This document shows positions 14,680 through 22,223 of a DNA stretch of 32,000 nt, in pieces. The DNA is from Rariglobus sp. (GTDB lineage: Bacteria > Verrucomicrobiota > Verrucomicrobiia > Opitutales > Opitutaceae). The stretch spans positions 1-32,000 of the forward strand of contig JANODO010000050.1 of the NCBI GenBank assembly GCA_031412735.1. The letters run 5' to 3'. The notes beneath the pieces are model-generated. The model worked only from the letters and a program-made list of their open reading frames with translations, was not told the origin of the DNA and ran no database searches. Made by a program: the position numbers and the translations under genes. Each line of letters begins with the position of its first letter. Within the stretch, counting starts at the first letter, position 1.

Positions 14680-15096
14680 TCAGGGTTGGGCGGCGCCGGC
14701 TTGCATGGTTTCGGCGAGCAACGTGTAGACGGAGGTCCAGGCTTCTTTGACTTCGGCGGTGAAGGCGGCACCTAAACCTTGGGCGAGGGTCCAGAGGAGG
14801 GCGGCTCCGACCGTCGCGTAATGGGCGGTTTCCACGCCGTAAGCGATGTGGCGTTTGCCCAGACCGCGCACGGCGGGGACGAGGGCGTCGAGGTTATCGA
14901 GTCCGCGCACGGCCATGGTGATCATCGTCATGAGTTTCTTGCCCTGTTCCTTGGGATCGGACGTGAAGAGGGGCTTCAGGGTGGGATCGAGTTCGAAGAG
15001 TTTGCCGTAGAAGAGCGTGGCGGCGGTCTCGGCGATGGGCTCGACTTGGGTCCAGGTGGATTGAACGAGGTGTTTCTGGTGTGCGGTGATGCTCAT
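14680..15096 (-). CDS. single-domain globin (HGbI-like, PF00042-type)
   Basis: LVQSTWTQVEP ... LFYGKLFELDPTLKPLF ... QGKKLMTMITMAVRGLDNLDALVPAVRGLGKRHIAYGVETAHYATVGAALLWTL ... FTAEVKEAWTSVYTLLAETM aligns by eye, nearly block for block, with my recollection of Methylacidiphilum Hell's Gate globin I. Confidence 0.85.
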   Translation of the reverse strand: MSITAHQKHLVQSTWTQVEPIAETAATLFYGKLFELDPTLKPLFTSDPKEQGKKLMTMITMAVRGLDNLDALVPAVRGLGKRHIAYGVETAHYATVGAALLWTLAQGLGAAFTAEVKEAWTSVYTLLAETMQAGAAQP

Positions 15097-15164
15097 GGGT
15101 GGTGGTTAGGGGTTGTGTGTGTCTGCTGCTAAAGGGAGCAGATGCGGGGCTGATGGCGGGACCG

Positions 15165-15500
15165 TTACGGAGCCAGCAAAGTGAGGATAAATGTAGAGGG
15201 CTCGTCGGCCCGGATTGCGTGCGGGAGTTGCGGGGGCATGTGCAACAACGCGCCGGGGCGGAGGGTTTCGGGTTTTCCGTCGAGCGTGAGGTGGAGCGTG
15301 CCGGTGAGGACTTGGATGAGGGCGTGGTTGGGGTTGGTGTGTTCGGTGAGCTCCTGCCCTGCGTCGAAGGCGAACAACACGGCCTTGCCTCCCGTGGTTT
15401 TGAGGAGCGTGCGGCTGGTGATGCCGGCGGTGCTCGGCGTGGCGAGGGGCGCCAGCGGCACGATTGCGCACTGGTCGGGGATGAAAACGGAGAAGGCCAT
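15165..15500 (-). CDS. cupin domain-containing protein
   Basis: 111 aa. The cupin motifs are GQELTEHTNPNHALIQVLTGTLHLTLDG and LRPGALLHMPPQLPHAIRA. Confidence 0.72.
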   Translation of the reverse strand: MAFSVFIPDQCAIVPLAPLATPSTAGITSRTLLKTTGGKAVLFAFDAGQELTEHTNPNHALIQVLTGTLHLTLDGKPETLRPGALLHMPPQLPHAIRADEPSTFILTLLAP

Positions 15501-15511
15501 GGGAGGGAAAG

Positions 15512-15567
15512 GGCTGAAGGACTGAAGGACTGAAGGACTGAAAGGCTGAAGGCCTGAGGGGCTGGAG
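15512..15567. repeat. tandem octamer array, about 7 units of (A/C)CTGAAGG
   Basis: GCTGAAGG ACTGAAGG ACTGAAGG ACTGAAAGG CTGAAGG CCTGAGGGG CTGGAGG, in the 96-nt gap between the CopD-like gene and the cupin gene. No inverted partner is present. Confidence 0.85.
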
Positions 15568-15596
15568 GTCGGTTATCGTGTGACGGACGGGATTCG

Positions 15597-16046
15597 TCAG
15601 GGCAGCGCGAGGCCGCCGAAGCGGAAGCGGAGGCCGACGTAAACCAAGGCGACCGAGAGGACCGTCACGGGAACGATGTGCCAGGCGAGGGCGTGGAGGT
15701 TATGGCGTCCGAGCTTGGGGATGATGCGCAGGCGCGCATCGAGGGCCAGGGCGACCGTGAGCAGGAGTAGCGCGATTTTGGCGAGTGCGGCGACGGCGAT
15801 GGGGTTGTCGAAGTTGAGCAGGCCTTCAAAGCCCGGAAAATAACGCCGCGTGAGCTCCAAACCGGTGAGCAGTTGGGCACCCAGTGCGACCAGGCCGACG
15901 GGTTCGTAACGGTCTTTAAAGGACTGAATGAGCGCGGGGTCGCGTCGGCGCAGGGCGAGCGGGAGCACGCCGAGGGCGAGCACGAGGTGACCGCCGGTCC
16001 AAATGGCGGCGCCGAGCAGGTGAACGAAGAGGAGCCAGAAATGCAT
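15597..16046 (-). CDS. CopD-like integral membrane protein (4 predicted TM helices)
   Basis: MHFWLLFVHLLGAAIWTGGHLVLAL and three further hydrophobic segments. The pattern resembles small CopD-family membrane proteins. The assignment is tentative. Confidence 0.5.
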   Translation of the reverse strand: MHFWLLFVHLLGAAIWTGGHLVLALGVLPLALRRRDPALIQSFKDRYEPVGLVALGAQLLTGLELTRRYFPGFEGLLNFDNPIAVAALAKIALLLLTVALALDARLRIIPKLGRHNLHALAWHIVPVTVLSVALVYVGLRFRFGGLALP

Positions 16047-16061
16047 GGTCGGGTGTGCGGG

Positions 16062-16481
16062 TTAACGGGCCGGGTCGGCGGATGGATTGGCGGAAGGTGG
16101 AGCGGCCTGAGCGATGATCTGCCGCAGGCGTTGGCCGATGGTCTCGGCGACGGCGATGAGGTCGGTGGCTTCGGTCGGCGCGAGGTGGGCGTGGCAATGA
16201 CGCGACCAGAGGCCGAGCCAGGCGGAGAAGTGGCGTTCTTCGAGTCGAAGGGGCACGTGTTTCCACGGCATGCCGCCGTTGTAGAGCCGGGGTCCGCCGG
16301 TGATGCCGGACCAGAAATCGGCGATCTTTTCGAGATGTGACGGCCAGTGCTCGATGTTCGCCGCGAAGATGGGGGCGATCTCGTTGTGTTGCCGGACGTC
16401 GGCGTAGAAATAACGCAGCAAGTTGAGCAAAGCGGGGCGGCCGCCGATGCGTTCGTAGAGGGGGGCGGACGGTTCGCTCAT
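16062..16481 (-). CDS. truncated haemoglobin (group III / Ctb-like; group II not excluded)
   Basis: LYERIGGRPALLNLLRYFYADVRQHNEIAPIF ... KIADFWSGITGGPRLYNGGMPWKHVPLRLEERHFSAWLGLW fits the trHb 2-on-2 pattern. ATG 16481 overlaps the upstream stop (ATGA). Confidence 0.78.
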   Translation of the reverse strand: MSEPSAPLYERIGGRPALLNLLRYFYADVRQHNEIAPIFAANIEHWPSHLEKIADFWSGITGGPRLYNGGMPWKHVPLRLEERHFSAWLGLWSRHCHAHLAPTEATDLIAVAETIGQRLRQIIAQAAPPSANPSADPAR

Positions 16482-16954
16482 GAGGAGGCCGGGGCGATGG
16501 GTTCGATGGTGGCAACGATATCCGCTTCGCGGATACGCACCAAGGTGAGGCCGGCGGGCCGGCGCAGGAGCGTGTCGCACCAGGTGTGTCCGTCGTAGCT
16601 GTAGCGGATCTGCACGCCGAGCAGCAGGCCGGCGGCGAGGCGGGTGCGGGCGGTTTCGAGCGTAATGGTATCGGTGCCGGTGTGGCTGCGGGCGGCGTGT
16701 TTGGGGATAACCGCGTGGACGGTGGTGCAGGCGGCCAGGTCGCGGAAAAGGGCGTCCGTCGTCGCGACATCGAGGAGGGTTTGCTGGAGCGGCGGGAGGC
16801 GCAGGGGCTGATCGGAGGAGGTGACCGGGGCGGGGGCGGTGGGAGCGGTGGGAGAGCGTGTCGTCATGAGGGTGGGCGGAGGCGCTGGCTGCCGGAGTGA
16901 ATGCGGCAGGAGTCGGGTGAAGAACTCGCGGCGATTGAGGGTGGGAGCGGGCAT
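16478..16954 (-). CDS. hypothetical protein (158 aa) with an N-terminal NRREFF motif but no hydrophobic signal core
   Basis: ATG 16954 lies 13 nt after the cytochrome stop, and the stop overlaps the trHb ATG, so the gene is locked into the operon. I recognise no family. The long N-terminal extension of the track ORF is an Arg/Pro-rich overlap with the cytochrome gene and is discarded. Confidence 0.5.
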   Translation of the reverse strand: MPAPTLNRREFFTRLLPHSLRQPAPPPTLMTTRSPTAPTAPAPVTSSDQPLRLPPLQQTLLDVATTDALFRDLAACTTVHAVIPKHAARSHTGTDTITLETARTRLAAGLLLGVQIRYSYDGHTWCDTLLRRPAGLTLVRIREADIVATIEPIAPASS

Positions 16955-16967
16955 CGGCGGGGGAAGA

Positions 16968-17783
16968 TCAGTCCGATCTGGCTGGTTGGGCGGATCGGAC
17001 GGATCCGATGACCGACAGTGGCGGCAGGGTCTCGCGGACGGCGTCGAGCGCGTGGCATTGCAGGCAGTTTTGACGCTGCGGGTGGGTCGTCTTGACGACG
17101 CTGGAGCCACCCGGACCGTGGCAGCTGACGCAGTTTTGGCGCATTGCAGTGGTGTGCGGCATGGTCGGCGGGGCACCGGTGAAGGCGCGCGTGCCGCCGG
17201 CGGGCGCGGGGAGTCCGTTGAAGGCGTTGGCGAGGACGGGCGTGGCTTGCGCGAGTGGGGGTGACGTAAGCGCGGAGCCCGGCCCGGCGGAGGGCGCATG
17301 GCATTGGATGCAACTGGTGTAGGCCGGGTGGCTCATCTGGGGCACGTCGATGCGGTCGATGCGCGTGGGCAGGCCGTGGCAGGCGAGGCAGGAGGTGGAT
17401 TTGTGTTGGTCGATCGGATGCGGGACGGTGGGCGGCGCGCCGGCGTAGGCGCGGCGGGCAGCGCGGCGGGTGAGCAGGGCGACCATTTCCTCAGAGGTGG
17501 GGCGCGGTGTGGCGGCGTTAAAGGCCGGGGCGGGCGGGAGTGTCGCGAGGTCGCTGTGCCAGGCGTGGTTGGGCTGGCGGGTGCGGTCGGCCAAGTCGGC
17601 GTAGTGAGGGGCTTCGGGCGCGGACAAAATCGCCTCGGTGGAGGGTTCCGCGACGAGCGGGCCGCGCCGGTATTCGGCGGCGGAGCGGTCAGTCTGAAGC
17701 AGGCCCATGAAGTAGCCGCTCACGCCGGTGGTGAAGGCGATGAGGGCGGCGACAACCGCGAGCTTGCGCATCGGGATCTTCAT
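16968..17783 (-). CDS. membrane-anchored tetrahaem cytochrome c built from two NapB-like dihaem repeats
   Basis: There are four CxxCH motifs (CLACH, CIQCH, CVSCH, CLQCH). Each pair is preceded by the NapB-type motif APPT(V/M)PH. The N-terminal TM segment is LAVVAALIAFTTGVSGYFMGLL. ATG 17783 overlaps the napA stop (ATGA). Confidence 0.7.
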   Translation of the reverse strand: MKIPMRKLAVVAALIAFTTGVSGYFMGLLQTDRSAAEYRRGPLVAEPSTEAILSAPEAPHYADLADRTRQPNHAWHSDLATLPPAPAFNAATPRPTSEEMVALLTRRAARRAYAGAPPTVPHPIDQHKSTSCLACHGLPTRIDRIDVPQMSHPAYTSCIQCHAPSAGPGSALTSPPLAQATPVLANAFNGLPAPAGGTRAFTGAPPTMPHTTAMRQNCVSCHGPGGSSVVKTTHPQRQNCLQCHALDAVRETLPPLSVIGSVRSAQPARSD

Positions 17784-20200
17784 GACGCGGCCGTGCGGCG
17801 GATGATGCGCACGGCGCACTTTTTGTAATCAGGCTCCTTGGAGATCGGGCAGACGTCGCCGAGAGTGATGGTGTTGATCAGAAAATTTTGATCGAAGAAC
17901 GGCACGAAGACGGAGCCGCGCGGGGGTTGGCTGCGGCCGTTGAGCCAGACGGGGAGGGCGAGGCGACCGCGGCGGGTTTCCAGCGTAGCCATGTCGCCGT
18001 TGCGCAAGTCGAGCGCGGCGGCGTCGGCGGGATTGAGTTCGACGTAGGCGTTGGGCATGGAGCCGCGCAGTTGCGGCACGCGCATGGTCATCGTGCCGCT
18101 GTGCCAGTGCTCGATGACGCGACCCGTGCAGAGCCAGAACGGGTAATCGGCGTCGGGTTCCTCGGTGGCGGGCTCGTAGGGGTTGAACCAGATGAGGGCG
18201 CGGTCGTCCTTGGTGACGGAGTGGTAGAACTGGATGCCGGCGCCTTTTTTGACGAACGGGTCGCTGAACTCCATGAAGCGGAAACGCGTTTCTTTGAAGG
18301 AGCCGTCGGCTTGTTCGACCACCGGCCAGCGCAGGCCGCGGGTCTTCACCAGCTCGTCGTAGGGGGCGAGGTGTTTGTGTTTATGGTAGGTGAAACGCCG
18401 ATACTCCTCGAAGAGCGCGCGGTCGGTGTTGATCTCGTAGTAGCGGGCGAAGTCCCAAGCGGGCACCTCGCGTCCCTCGGCGTCGTGAAACGTGAAGAGG
18501 AACTTGCCGTCTTTGTCCTGCATGCCCGGGTGACCGAGTTCGAACAGGCGACGGGCGAGGGCGATGGTCATCCAAGCGTCGGGACGCGCCTGACCGGGCG
18601 GATCGACCTGCTTGAACCATTGTTGGGTGCGTCGCTCGGAGTTGCCGTAGACGCCGTTCTTTTCGACCCAGAGCGCGGCCGGGAGAACCAAGTCGGCGAG
18701 CGCGGTGGTGGCGGTGGGGTAAACGTCGGAGACGATGAGGAACTTGTCGGCGAGACCGGCCTTGCCGTTGAACGTGCGGGCGAGGTCGGGGAGCGTTTGG
18801 CCCGGGTTGGTGACCTGGACGAAGATCGTGTGGATGTCGCCTCCCTTGTCGGTGGGCGTGCAGAACTTCTCCCAGAGCTGGATCGTGTGGTAGCCCGGCT
18901 TGGGGTTGATGCGGCCGGCGGGGACATGCCAGAGCTCCTCGCACTCGGCGCGGTGCTCGGGGTTGGCGACGAGCAGGCCGCCGGGAAGGGCGTGGCACAA
19001 CGTGCCGACCTCGCGGGCGGTGCCGCAGGCGGACGGTTGGCCGGTGAGCGAGGTGGGCGCGTCGCCGGGGCGGCCCCAGTGTCCGGACAGCAAGTGGATG
19101 CCGTGAACCAGGCGGTTGATGGCGGTGCCTCGCGTGTGCTGGTTCATGCCCATGCACCACAGGCTGGTGATGCGCAGTGACGGATTTCCAAAGAGATCGC
19201 CGAGCAGGCGTATCTTTTCCTCGGATACGCCGGAGAGTTTGGAGACGTAGGCGGGGGTGTAGAGAGCGAGCGCCTCACGGTAGGCCTCGAACGTCATGGG
19301 CTGGCCGTTGAGCGAGACGGGCGCGGTGTCCTGGCGGAAGTTGCAGTGTTTCTCGACGAACGCGCGGTTCCAGGTGCCGTTGGCGAGGAGCAGGTGGGCG
19401 ATGCCGTTAGCGATGGCGAGGTCGGTTTGCGGGCGGAACTCCAGGTAGTGGTCCGCGTATTCGGTGGTGCGGGTGCGGCGCGTGCCCAGGTCGATGAGTG
19501 TGACCTTTTCGCCGCGCGTGCGGCGGTCGATGAAACGAGAAAAGAGGACCGGGTGCATCTCGGCGGGGTTGTTGCCCCAGAGGATAATCACATCGGCCGC
19601 GTCGAGGTCGTCGTAGCAACCGGCGGGTTCGTCCACGCCGTAAACCGAGATGTAGCCGGTGACGGCGGACGACATACACAGGCGGGCGTTGGGCTCGATG
19701 TGGTTGTTGGCGAGGCCGGCTTTCATGAACTTCTGCGCGGCGTAACCCTCGGGGATCGTCCATTGTCCGCTGCCGTAGAAACCGAAGCCGGCGGGTCTCT
19801 GCATGATGCGGCGGGCCATGACGTCGATGGCTTCCTCCCACGTGATGTTTTCGAGCTGCCCGTTGCGGCGGAGTTGCGGGGTGGTGAGGCGGTCTTGGCC
19901 GTAGAGAATGCCGCCGACGTGGTAGCCCTTCAAGCAGAGCAGGCCTTTGTTCACCTCGGCCTGTGGATCTCCTTGGATGGCGACGACACGGCCGTCTTTG
20001 ACGCCGACACGCACATGGCAGCCGGTGCCGCAGAAGCGGCAAGGAGCTTTGTCCCAGCGCACGCCGTCGGCGGTGACGGTGGCGGTCGGTGAGGTGGCGA
20101 AGGCGGGTTCACCGGGCGCGGGGGCCGCGCCGAGTCTGCGAGCGATGACGGCGCTGGCGGCGGCGAGGGCGGTCGTGCGAAGGAAGTCGCGGCGTTGCAT
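17780..20200 (-). CDS. napA: periplasmic nitrate reductase catalytic subunit NapA
   Basis: Twin-arginine signal MQRRDFLRTTALAAASAVIARRLGA and N-terminal FeS motif CRFCGTGCHVRV ... LCLKG. It is an 806-aa Mo-bisMGD enzyme with NapA-like length and blocks, flanked by NapD-like and NapB-like genes. Confidence 0.93.
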   Translation of the reverse strand: MQRRDFLRTTALAAASAVIARRLGAAPAPGEPAFATSPTATVTADGVRWDKAPCRFCGTGCHVRVGVKDGRVVAIQGDPQAEVNKGLLCLKGYHVGGILYGQDRLTTPQLRRNGQLENITWEEAIDVMARRIMQRPAGFGFYGSGQWTIPEGYAAQKFMKAGLANNHIEPNARLCMSSAVTGYISVYGVDEPAGCYDDLDAADVIILWGNNPAEMHPVLFSRFIDRRTRGEKVTLIDLGTRRTRTTEYADHYLEFRPQTDLAIANGIAHLLLANGTWNRAFVEKHCNFRQDTAPVSLNGQPMTFEAYREALALYTPAYVSKLSGVSEEKIRLLGDLFGNPSLRITSLWCMGMNQHTRGTAINRLVHGIHLLSGHWGRPGDAPTSLTGQPSACGTAREVGTLCHALPGGLLVANPEHRAECEELWHVPAGRINPKPGYHTIQLWEKFCTPTDKGGDIHTIFVQVTNPGQTLPDLARTFNGKAGLADKFLIVSDVYPTATTALADLVLPAALWVEKNGVYGNSERRTQQWFKQVDPPGQARPDAWMTIALARRLFELGHPGMQDKDGKFLFTFHDAEGREVPAWDFARYYEINTDRALFEEYRRFTYHKHKHLAPYDELVKTRGLRWPVVEQADGSFKETRFRFMEFSDPFVKKGAGIQFYHSVTKDDRALIWFNPYEPATEEPDADYPFWLCTGRVIEHWHSGTMTMRVPQLRGSMPNAYVELNPADAAALDLRNGDMATLETRRGRLALPVWLNGRSQPPRGSVFVPFFDQNFLINTITLGDVCPISKEPDYKKCAVRIIRRTAAS

Positions 20201-20236
20201 GGGTGGGTAATAAACGAAGACGAGGGAAACGCGGAG

Positions 20237-20494
20237 TTAGCCGGCGGTGGCGGGGAGCTCGACGAAGACGACTTCGACCAGCTCGACGCCGGGGACGGCT
20301 TCGATGGCCCGGAACGCTCCGTAAGGATCGTCCGAGGTGAGGACGGCGGGCAGCCAGTGCTCTTGCGCGAGACCCAGATCGAGCCCGGGATTGCGTGACA
20401 ACTGGAGCAACCCCGCGGCTCGAAGCTCGGGCAGTTTGGATAGGGTGATGATGAGCGAACTCAGGCCGGGCTCAGTCGTAAAATTGGCTTCCAT
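20237..20494 (-). CDS. napD: NapD-like chaperone
   Basis: 85 aa directly upstream of napA. LSSLIITL ... LPAVLTSDDPYGAFRAIEAVPGVELVEVVFVE follows the NapD pattern (ISSLVV ... VVxxE ... I ... GV ... LVY). Confidence 0.65.
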   Translation of the reverse strand: MEANFTTEPGLSSLIITLSKLPELRAAGLLQLSRNPGLDLGLAQEHWLPAVLTSDDPYGAFRAIEAVPGVELVEVVFVELPATAG

Positions 20495-20587
20495 CGATAT
20501 ACCCTAAAAGGCAGGAGACGTTTATACCAGAATAAAAGATAAAGAACTCTTGTATTGGTGGCACTCTTTCGCCTTTTTTTGGACAAG
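20495..20587. promoter_or_regulatory. AT-rich divergent control region between napD and the cytochrome/NrfCD operon
   Basis: This is the only strongly AT-rich stretch in this part of the window. It contains two direct TATACC copies (20498-20503 and 20523-20528) and AAGAACTCTT. No promoter or operator could be assigned with confidence. Confidence 0.3.
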
Positions 20588-21277
20588 ATGAAGGGCCGCT
20601 TAATCCTGTTACCCCTGGCAAGCGTGGTATTGCTGGCGCTCGGCGGGCAATGGCTCCTCGGCGAGGCGAAGCTCGGGGGAGCCCGTGAGTTCTCCGCCGA
20701 GGTGGTTTCGGTGGGGCAGCCCGCCAAGCCCACCAAGCCCGCCGCTCGCGCTGAAGTGCCGCCGCACCGTCCGGCGGGTTATCAGCCGAAAGTCGCGACG
20801 GGCCTGATCGACCATCATGGCAACGCGGTCGGTGTCGCCTGCATGACCTGTCATGCGACCAAGACGCCGAATCTCGAGGCTGGTCGCGAGGGTAGGGTGC
20901 CGGCGGAGTTCCATCAGAAGCTGGTGTATGCGCACGGAGAGCAGAGCTGCTTGAGTTGCCACAACAGCGAGGACTACGACGCGCTGCGGCTGGCGGACGG
21001 CCGCAAGCTGGCTTTCGCCGACGCGCAAAAGCTGTGTCAGCAATGCCATGGTCCGCAGACGCGCGACTACCTCCACGGTTCGCATGGCGGCATGAGAGGT
21101 TACTGGGACAAAACCAAGGGCGAACGCACCCGGCTTACCTGCACCGATTGCCATGATGCGCATGCGCCGGCCTACCCCGCGTGGACGCCGGTCTTCGCGC
21201 CGAAGGACGGCGGGGCGCTCCAGCAGAAAGCCCGCGAGGAAAAGTCCAACCACTCCACCACCACCCATGATCAATAA
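20588..21277 (+). CDS. tetrahaem c-type cytochrome (periplasmic or anchored), first gene of a cytochrome-NrfC-NrfD module
   Basis: Four CxxCH motifs (CMTCH, CLSCH, CQQCH, CTDCH). The N-terminal hydrophobic segment is MKGRLILLPLASVVLLALGG. The track start at 20555 is TTG; ATG 20588 is used. Confidence 0.8.
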   Translation: MKGRLILLPLASVVLLALGGQWLLGEAKLGGAREFSAEVVSVGQPAKPTKPAARAEVPPHRPAGYQPKVATGLIDHHGNAVGVACMTCHATKTPNLEAGREGRVPAEFHQKLVYAHGEQSCLSCHNSEDYDALRLADGRKLAFADAQKLCQQCHGPQTRDYLHGSHGGMRGYWDKTKGERTRLTCTDCHDAHAPAYPAWTPVFAPKDGGALQQKAREEKSNHSTTTHDQ

Positions 21278-22223
21278 TACCCCCCCAGCCGGTCCCGCGT
21301 CCGCGCCCGAAGCCGAGCCGGCCGGCGGCATGACGCGGCGCACGGCGATCAAAGCGCTCGGTGCCACGCTCGGCGCGGCGGCCTTCGCGCAAGCCATCGC
21401 CCCGCTCACCGAGTGGGCGGAGAACATGTCGCTCGACGAGTATCTACAAAAGCACTACCGCGAGCTTTCACCTTTTGATCTCGGCGTGGTCATGGCCCGC
21501 ATGGAGCAAATCACCAAGGAGGAGACCGGCGTGGACGTGCACATCGGCGACTATCGCCCGCAGCCCGGGGTGAAGTTCGGCTACGCGCTGAACCTGTCCG
21601 TGTGCGTGGGCTGCCGCCGCTGTGCCAAGGCGTGTCACATCGAGAACAACCACGACCGCCCCTCCGGCAATAGCTACATCCGCGTTTTGGAAATGGAGAA
21701 AGGCTCACTCGATCTTGCGAAGGGGCGCGTCAACTACGACAAGCCGGTGCCCCACCCCGACAAGTTCTACATGCCGGTGCAGTGCCAGCAGTGCGACAAA
21801 CCACCGTGCGTCTCGGTCTGCCCGGTCGAGGCGACCTGGAAGGAATCCGACGGCATCGTGGTCGTGGACTACAACTGGTGCATCGGCTGCCGCTACTGCG
21901 AGGCGGCCTGCCCGTATCATGCGCGCCGCTTCAACTGGACAAAGCCGCAGGTGCCGGCGGCGGAGATCAATCCCGACCAGGGTTACTTGTCGAACCGCCT
22001 GCGTCCGCAAGGTGTGATGGAGAAGTGCACGTTCTGCCTGCACCGCTCGCGCCAGGGTAAGTTACCCGCCTGTCTCGAAGCCTGCCCGACGGGCGCGCGC
22101 GTGTTTGGCAACCTGCTCGATCCCGAGTCGGAGATCCGCTGGGTGCTGAAAAACAAGCGCGTGTTTGTCCTCAAGGAAGAGGTCGGCACGCAGCCCAGCT
22201 TCTTCTACTTCTTCGATGAATAA
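21267..22223 (+). CDS. 4Fe-4S ferredoxin-type subunit, NrfC/PsrB/DmsB family, with Tat signal
   Basis: Tat motif MTRRTAIKALGATLGAAAFAQA. Four cluster motifs: CVGCRRCAKAC, CQQCDKPPCVSVCP, CIGCRYCEAACP, CTFC ... CLEACP. The start overlaps the cytochrome gene end. Confidence 0.85.
   Translation: MINNTPPAGPASAPEAEPAGGMTRRTAIKALGATLGAAAFAQAIAPLTEWAENMSLDEYLQKHYRELSPFDLGVVMARMEQITKEETGVDVHIGDYRPQPGVKFGYALNLSVCVGCRRCAKACHIENNHDRPSGNSYIRVLEMEKGSLDLAKGRVNYDKPVPHPDKFYMPVQCQQCDKPPCVSVCPVEATWKESDGIVVVDYNWCIGCRYCEAACPYHARRFNWTKPQVPAAEINPDQGYLSNRLRPQGVMEKCTFCLHRSRQGKLPACLEACPTGARVFGNLLDPESEIRWVLKNKRVFVLKEEVGTQPSFFYFFDE

Noticed and set aside
16478-17299. 273-aa track ORF extending the 158-aa unknown protein far upstream, and a Tat export signal for that protein.
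   Set aside because: The upstream 115 codons are Arg/Pro/Ser-rich and overlap the well-supported cytochrome gene out of frame. The RREFF motif is not followed by a hydrophobic h-region, so export is unlikely.
20555-20587. TTG start at 20555 for the tetrahaem cytochrome.
   Set aside because: ATG 20588 gives a normal signal or anchor sequence (MKGRLILLPLASVV). The TTG extension lies in the AT-rich promoter region.
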